From: Octopus bimaculoides
Taxonomy: Eukaryota
NCBI RefSeq assembly: GCF_001194135.2
Contig: NC_068987.1
Location: 17,987,484 to 18,026,812, forward strand
Length of the DNA: 39,329 nt
Direction: 5' to 3'
Part shown: positions 34,561-39,329 of the stretch, piece after piece
Layout: each line of letters opens with the position of its first letter
How positions within the stretch are numbered: the stretch's first letter is position 1
Translations under genes and position numbers: made by a program
Notes under the pieces: generated by a model
Database searches by the model: none
What the model was told of the DNA's origin: nothing
Seen by the model: only the letters and a program-made list of their open reading frames with translations

Positions 34561-34722
34561 GAGACGTCACTGAACCACGATAACGTTGACAACAATAACA
34601 ACAATTGAAACAACACGACAACGGCTAAGAATAACAATTAAAGAAACGAAAACAGAAGAAACAAAACACTTGAACAATATTTGCAACAGAAAGAAAGCAA
34701 ATGGCAGTAATAATAGCAAATG

Positions 34723-34807
<85 letters not shown>
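34723..34807. repeat. (AAT)n tract, about 28 units
   Basis: Direct reading. Confidence 0.98.
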
Positions 34808-34809
<2 letters not shown>

Positions 34810-35367
34810 GCCCGGATGCAGTGCCAGGCAGTAGCTCTCATGGCTTCCGATCTTAATTGATTGGAAGTGTTATCATGTACATTGTTTTGTCTTGGTATAA
34901 AAAGATGGGCTACAGTAAATATTCTGCTCAATACCACAGATTTGCTTGTCAGTTGTTTGACCTTAACCAGTTGAGCATGTCTCTTTGTGGCTGACCATAT
35001 GTGCATCTCTGATCATGAGCAGAAGTAGTGGGGGAGCATCATAGCCATGTGTTGAGAGGAATTCTTTGGGGTTTTGAATAATTCAACTTTGGAAACATGG
35101 GTGTTTTGCTCAACATCCTTAAACAAACCTTATTCAGAGACCTTTTGAGTGGGATGGGCGACTCGATCTGAAGAAGATTCTAACTGGACCCCCACCTGCG
35201 AGGTCATGCGCTGTTTATCTTGATATGAGATCACCATGTCGCGCACATATTGTTGTGATGCATATGCCTGGTGTACCCTTATCAGACGGGTAGTCATGAT
35301 GGGTATAATGGGTTTCGTATATTTTACCTCAGTGTCACGTTGATGGCATGCACTGCTCTCTCACTCC
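34808..35367 (+). mobile_element. 560-bp non-coding retroelement (LINE 3' UTR or SINE-like) embedded in (AAT)n
   Basis: Complex sequence with sharp ends (atgcccggatgcagtgccagg...gcactgctctctcactcc), no long ORF, and pure (AAT)n on both sides. Recalled as a high-copy octopus repeat; strand inferred from the 3' (ATA)n tail. Confidence 0.6.
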
Positions 35368-35440
<73 letters not shown>

Positions 35441-35507
35441 CAACAACAACAACAACAACAGCAACAGCAACAACAACAACAACAATAATAATAATAATAA
35501 TAATATT

Positions 35508-35567
<60 letters not shown>
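35368..35567. repeat. (AAT)n-(AAC)n-(AAT)n tract
   Basis: Direct reading. Confidence 0.98.
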
Positions 35568-35568
35568 C

Positions 35569-35634
35569 AACATAAATGTGTCTGTCAAGACCTACCAAGA
35601 TCTGAGCAAGTATAAAGATCTTGCAATAGAGATT
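35569..35634 (+). mobile_element. 66-bp R4/Dong-type restriction-like endonuclease fragment
   Basis: Reads NINVSVKTYQDLSKYKDLAIEI, matching the REL motif D.N...K..EK..KY.DL..EI. Confidence 0.7.
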
Positions 35635-35736
35635 CTATCTCCACCAACACCACCACCACCATCATCACGAACAACACCGTCAGCAGCGGCAACAGAAAGA
35701 TATCATCATCCCCAACAGCATCACTATCCCCACCAA

Positions 35737-36395
35737 CAGTAGCGTAACTAAGGGGTGGGGGCCAAGGGGGCACGTGCCCCAAGCGTCGAATGAAGTGGGG
35801 CGCAGATTGAAGGTGGGGGAGGCGCCTCATCAAAAGCAAGAAAGATGAGACTTTAAACAATTCTATTTTAATTTTTATTACATCTCATTTCACACATTAG
35901 GTTTTCTTTAATGTTTCAATCGGGGAAATCGGTGCATTTAAACGGTTAAAATAAGAAGGTTTCATAAAAATAAACATTAAAAATATATATTTTGAATTAC
36001 AGGCTGTACCGAACCAGCAGTTAAATGAACCCAAGAAAAGTATTTATTCCTAAGATATTGCTTTAAAACATTAATTGCTTGTAAGAAATAAATACTATAC
36101 AGGGTTTCCACAAAGTCTGGGTACATGGAGTAAATAAAATCATAACATAAACAATTAAATATAAGAAATAATAATTTCTTAAAGTATGCGTTAATCCCCA
36201 TGTGGGTACATGGAGTAAATAAAATCATAACATAAACAATAAAATATAAGAAATAATAATTTCTTAAGGTATGTGTTAATCTCCATGTACCCAGACTTTG
36301 TGGACACCCTGTTTAATATCGTGGATTTTGTAATTGGGTTGGGGGAGCAATTTTGCGGCTTGCCGCGGACACAGTTTATCCTAGCTTCGCCACTG
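35737..36395. mobile_element. hAT-like MITE (host of a nested MITE)
   Basis: Left end cagtagcgtaactaagg; right end cctagcttcgccactg (reverse complement cagtggcgaagctagg). G-rich subtermini; imperfect 8-bp flanks cccaccaa / cccaacag. Confidence 0.7.
36100..36311. mobile_element. Tc1/mariner-type MITE with about 31-bp TIRs and an internal 85-bp tandem duplication
   Basis: cagggtttccacaaagtctgggtacatggag ... ctccatgtacccagactttgtggacaccctg (1 mismatch); TA on the left, TT on the right; units at 36119-36203 and 36204-36288. Confidence 0.9.
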
Positions 36396-36402
36396 CCCAA
36401 CA

Positions 36403-36486
36403 GTGAAGGCACGTAGCTTAGCTGTAAGTATAATCGGCTCACAATCGTGCGGTTGTGATTTCGATTTCCAGCGGCGCGTTGTATCC
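36403..36486 (+). mobile_element. SINE family D, tRNA-like head only
   Basis: gtgaaggcacgtagcttagctgtaag (A box)...gatttcgatttcc (B-box-like)...gcgcgttgtatcc. Confidence 0.65.
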
Positions 36487-36707
36487 AATATATTTTTTTT
36501 TTTATGAGGTAATCGAATTATTCATCAATAGGAAACATGTCTGAAACAGCTGTAGTGAAATTTAACCCATTTGGGTTCATTACTTATGTAAGCAGTATAC
36601 TTGGAATTTTCCCTGTGTTGGAACTGGAACTTACATTGGATCGTGAAACTGCATATCGATGTGCATGGGTATATAATTTCATGTACATGTATATCTAGGC
36701 ATATTCG

Positions 36708-37025
36708 TACAGTGGTGTGTTTGATTTAGTGAAGAGGGTATTCGGGTAACAATGGATATGGTAGTGAGTTCGATTCCTAACTTGCATTGTGTTCTTCAGC
36801 AAGACACTTTATATCACATTGTTCCAGCCCATTCGGCTAGCGAAAATGAGTATTACCCGTATTTTAAACTGCCAGTGTTGTCATATTTTGTGTCACAGTG
36901 AATCTGCCTGAGGACTACATTAAGTTTGTGGAGTGCTCAACTACTTGCACGTTAATTTCACGAGCAGGCTGTTCCGTTGATCAGATCAACTGGAACACTC
37001 GTCGTCGTAACCGACGGAGTACCAT
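36708..37025 (+). mobile_element. SINE family D, near full-length
   Basis: tttagtgaagagggtattcgg...gagttcgattcc (B box)...tgtgttcttcagcaagacac...aaaatgagta...cacgagcaggctgttccgttgatcagatcaactggaacactcgtcgtcgtaaccgacggagtacc. Confidence 0.75.
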
Positions 37026-37869
37026 AGAATGAGCTATAACTAAACTATTGTCACAAGCACAGTAAGCACTAAGTCTGACTCCACTAACGCTACTACGATC
37101 ATCATTATTAACCACAAAAGTGGTAGCAGCAGTAATAGTAACAACAGAAGTAGTTATAATAGTAATTATTAATATATATATATATATATATANNNNNNNN
37201 NNNNNNNNNNNNNNNNNNNNNNNNNNNNNNNNNNNNNNNNNNNNNNNNNNNNNNNNNNNNNNNNNNNNNNNNNNNNNNNNNNNNNNNNNNNNNNNNNNNN
37301 NNNNNNNNNNNNNNNNNNNNNNNNNNNNNNNNNNNNNNNNNNNNNNNNNNNNNNNNNNNNNNNNNNNNNNNNNNNNNNNNNNNNNNNNNNNNNNNNNNNN
37401 NNNNNNNNNNNNNNNNNNNNNNNNNNNNNNNNNNNNNNNNNNNNNNNNNNNNNNNNNNNNNNNNNNNNNNNNNNNNNNNNNNNNNNNNNNNNNNNNNNNN
37501 NNNNNNNNNNNNNNNNNNNNNNNNNNNNNNNNNNNNNNNNNNATACATAAATATACATACATTCATTCATGCATACATATATACATACATACAGGCATAA
37601 TATATTATAATATAATAAACCATCTGTTGCTTCATATGTTTCTTTCAGGTGTTACAGAGAAGTCTTTCAAGAGGCACTTCCATCCACATATCCAAACCAC
37701 ATCTTCAGATTATTTTTCTCTTTTTTATTGTGCTAATATATGTCTGTTATAATTGTTTCTAGTAGTTATTGTTACTATTGGAGTCGTCATTGCTGCTGTT
37801 ACTTTCGTTGTTGTTGTTGGTGGTGGTGGTGGTGGTTTTGTTGTTGGTGATGTTGATGGTGATGGCGGT

Positions 37870-37945
37870 GTTTATCTCTAGGCAAAGTGTGATTTATCAG
37901 GTCTATGATCAAAGAGATTCCAACCATGTCCATCAAGTCTTCTCC
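37870..37945 (-). mobile_element. Interspersed repeat family C, tail fragment
   Basis: atcaggtctatgatcaaagagattccaaccatgtccatc resembles gcttgtgatcaaaagcgttccagctatgaccatc at 12958-12992. Confidence 0.55.
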
Positions 37946-38284
37946 GTGTGGACATGGAGAAACCACGGGCCCACATCATCCACGGTCAATTTTAGGAAAG
38001 TAGCGTATATGATATGAGAGAAATTTATTGTTTCTCGTACAAAATTGCATCCTAATTGGGTCGTTACTATGTGTATTTTGAAATGTATTGTGTGTGTGTG
38101 TGTGTGTATTTGTGTGTGTGTGTGCGTGCGCGCGCGTAATTTTTAGAATTTTGTATTCGCTTTACATTTGAAACTATATGACGAAACAGATTCTGGGGTT
38201 ATTTGGATGGATCTTTTTGCCAACAAAATCACATGTACTGTTTATCATTCATTTGTTTATTGGTAATTAATCCATCAATTACGA

Positions 38285-38510
38285 ACCGAGCTGGCCGAAT
38301 CGCTCAGCAAAAATGTCAGGCAAAAATGGTTATAGGTATTTTTTCCGACACTTTTCATTTCCGAGTTCAAATCCTACCGAGTTCGACTTTGTCTTTCATC
38401 CTTCCAGTGTTCGATAAAATACTATACAAGTCACATACTGGAGACGATGTAATAAACTATATCGGTTTCTCTAATATTACTGGCCTTGTGGCGAAATTTC
38501 AAGCAATTAA
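38285..38510 (+). mobile_element. SINE family B, diverged full-length copy
   Basis: gagctggccgaatcgctcagc...gagttcaaatcctaccgagttcgactttgtctttcatccttccagtgttcgataaaatac...ctggccttgtg. Confidence 0.85.
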
Positions 38511-38574
38511 TTCATTGATTATTGAATAGTGCTTTGGTCTTGTTAAAAATATTTTCGTCACTTCTGGTTATATG

Positions 38575-39281
38575 TTATTAAATGTATTATGTGCCAAATA
38601 TTTGTGTCTGTGTGTTTTTGTGTGTATGCGTGTCTGTGTTCGTGTGTGTGTGTGAATATGGGTTGTTCGGTTTCTGTATTTGTACGCCTATTCGTTTGAT
38701 TTTGCTGAGGGGGAGTCAGAGTTGGTTTCTGGTTTTGATGTTGAATATGAGGCAGTTGGTGTTATTGCATATCTGTGCATATGTGTGTACATATCTGTAT
38801 GTTTGTATGCATAATTGCAATTGCTATTGCGTGTTTCTACGGTGGTCTATGGCCATGTGTATATGAACGCCTTCATGCGCTCATACGTGTATGTGAATGT
38901 GTCTTGCCGCTGTTTCTATGTGTGTGAACGTCTTCTATTCGTAGCTAGCGTACGTGAATATGTCTGCATATACGTGTCGACATTTGCGAGAGTAACCGGT
39001 ATTATACAGGAATGGACGTCTGTATATGTCTGAGTGCGTAGATACGCCATTGTGTGCGTGCGTTCCTTTGTTTCTGCATTTGTGTACGTCAGTTCGGAGT
39101 TAGGATACGTGAATGTGAGTGTATATATGTATGTGTTTGCGTGTATAACTAGTATTGCAGAGTGTGTATATGTTTACGGTGGTGAACGTCCATTTTGTAT
39201 GTCAATGTCTGCGCGCGTATGTATGTAGTCGGTTTTTCTCTATGCCTTTACGTTTGTGCATAGTTGTTGCACATACACGTG

Positions 39282-39329
<48 letters not shown>
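38575..39329. repeat. Long degenerate GT-rich low-complexity tract ending in pure (GT)n
   Basis: Strong G+T strand bias; tgtgt/tatgt/cgtgt words throughout. Confidence 0.85.

Noticed and set aside
33684-34637. 317-aa ORF, and poly-H/M/S ORFs in other frames
   Set aside because: Translation of trinucleotide SSRs (poly-C, -I, -F); no domain, and composition is explained by the repeats.

Overview
AT-rich eukaryotic (animal) genomic DNA from a gapped short-read assembly, with 10 N-gaps, most abutting (TA)n or (CA/TG)n tracts. The repeat families and extreme microsatellite load look like an octopus (coleoid cephalopod) genome; this is pattern recognition, not a database result. I find no convincing intact protein-coding gene, rRNA, tRNA gene or CRISPR array. 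Almost all ORFs in the supplied track are microsatellite or N-gap artefacts. The window is a mosaic of: many copies of four short interspersed families, called A-D here (A, B and D have tRNA-like A/B boxes); three copies of a mariner-type MITE; a fossil mariner transposase; hAT-like and Tc1-like MITEs, one nested; decayed LINE fragments (CR1/L2-like, RTE-like, R4/Dong-like, another REL-type, Tx1-like); and compound microsatellites. I did not find a demonstrable new biological system. The best leads are: (1) inverted SINE pairs and a SINE pile-up that could form long dsRNA (ADAR substrates, if transcribed); (2) a 560-bp ORF-less element inside an (AAT)n tract next to R4/Dong pieces, suggesting microsatellite-targeted retrotransposition; (3) modular SINEs that carry their own microsatellite and share a domain across families; (4) chimeric and nested element junctions. 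Family names come from motif recall and need Dfam/Repbase confirmation.
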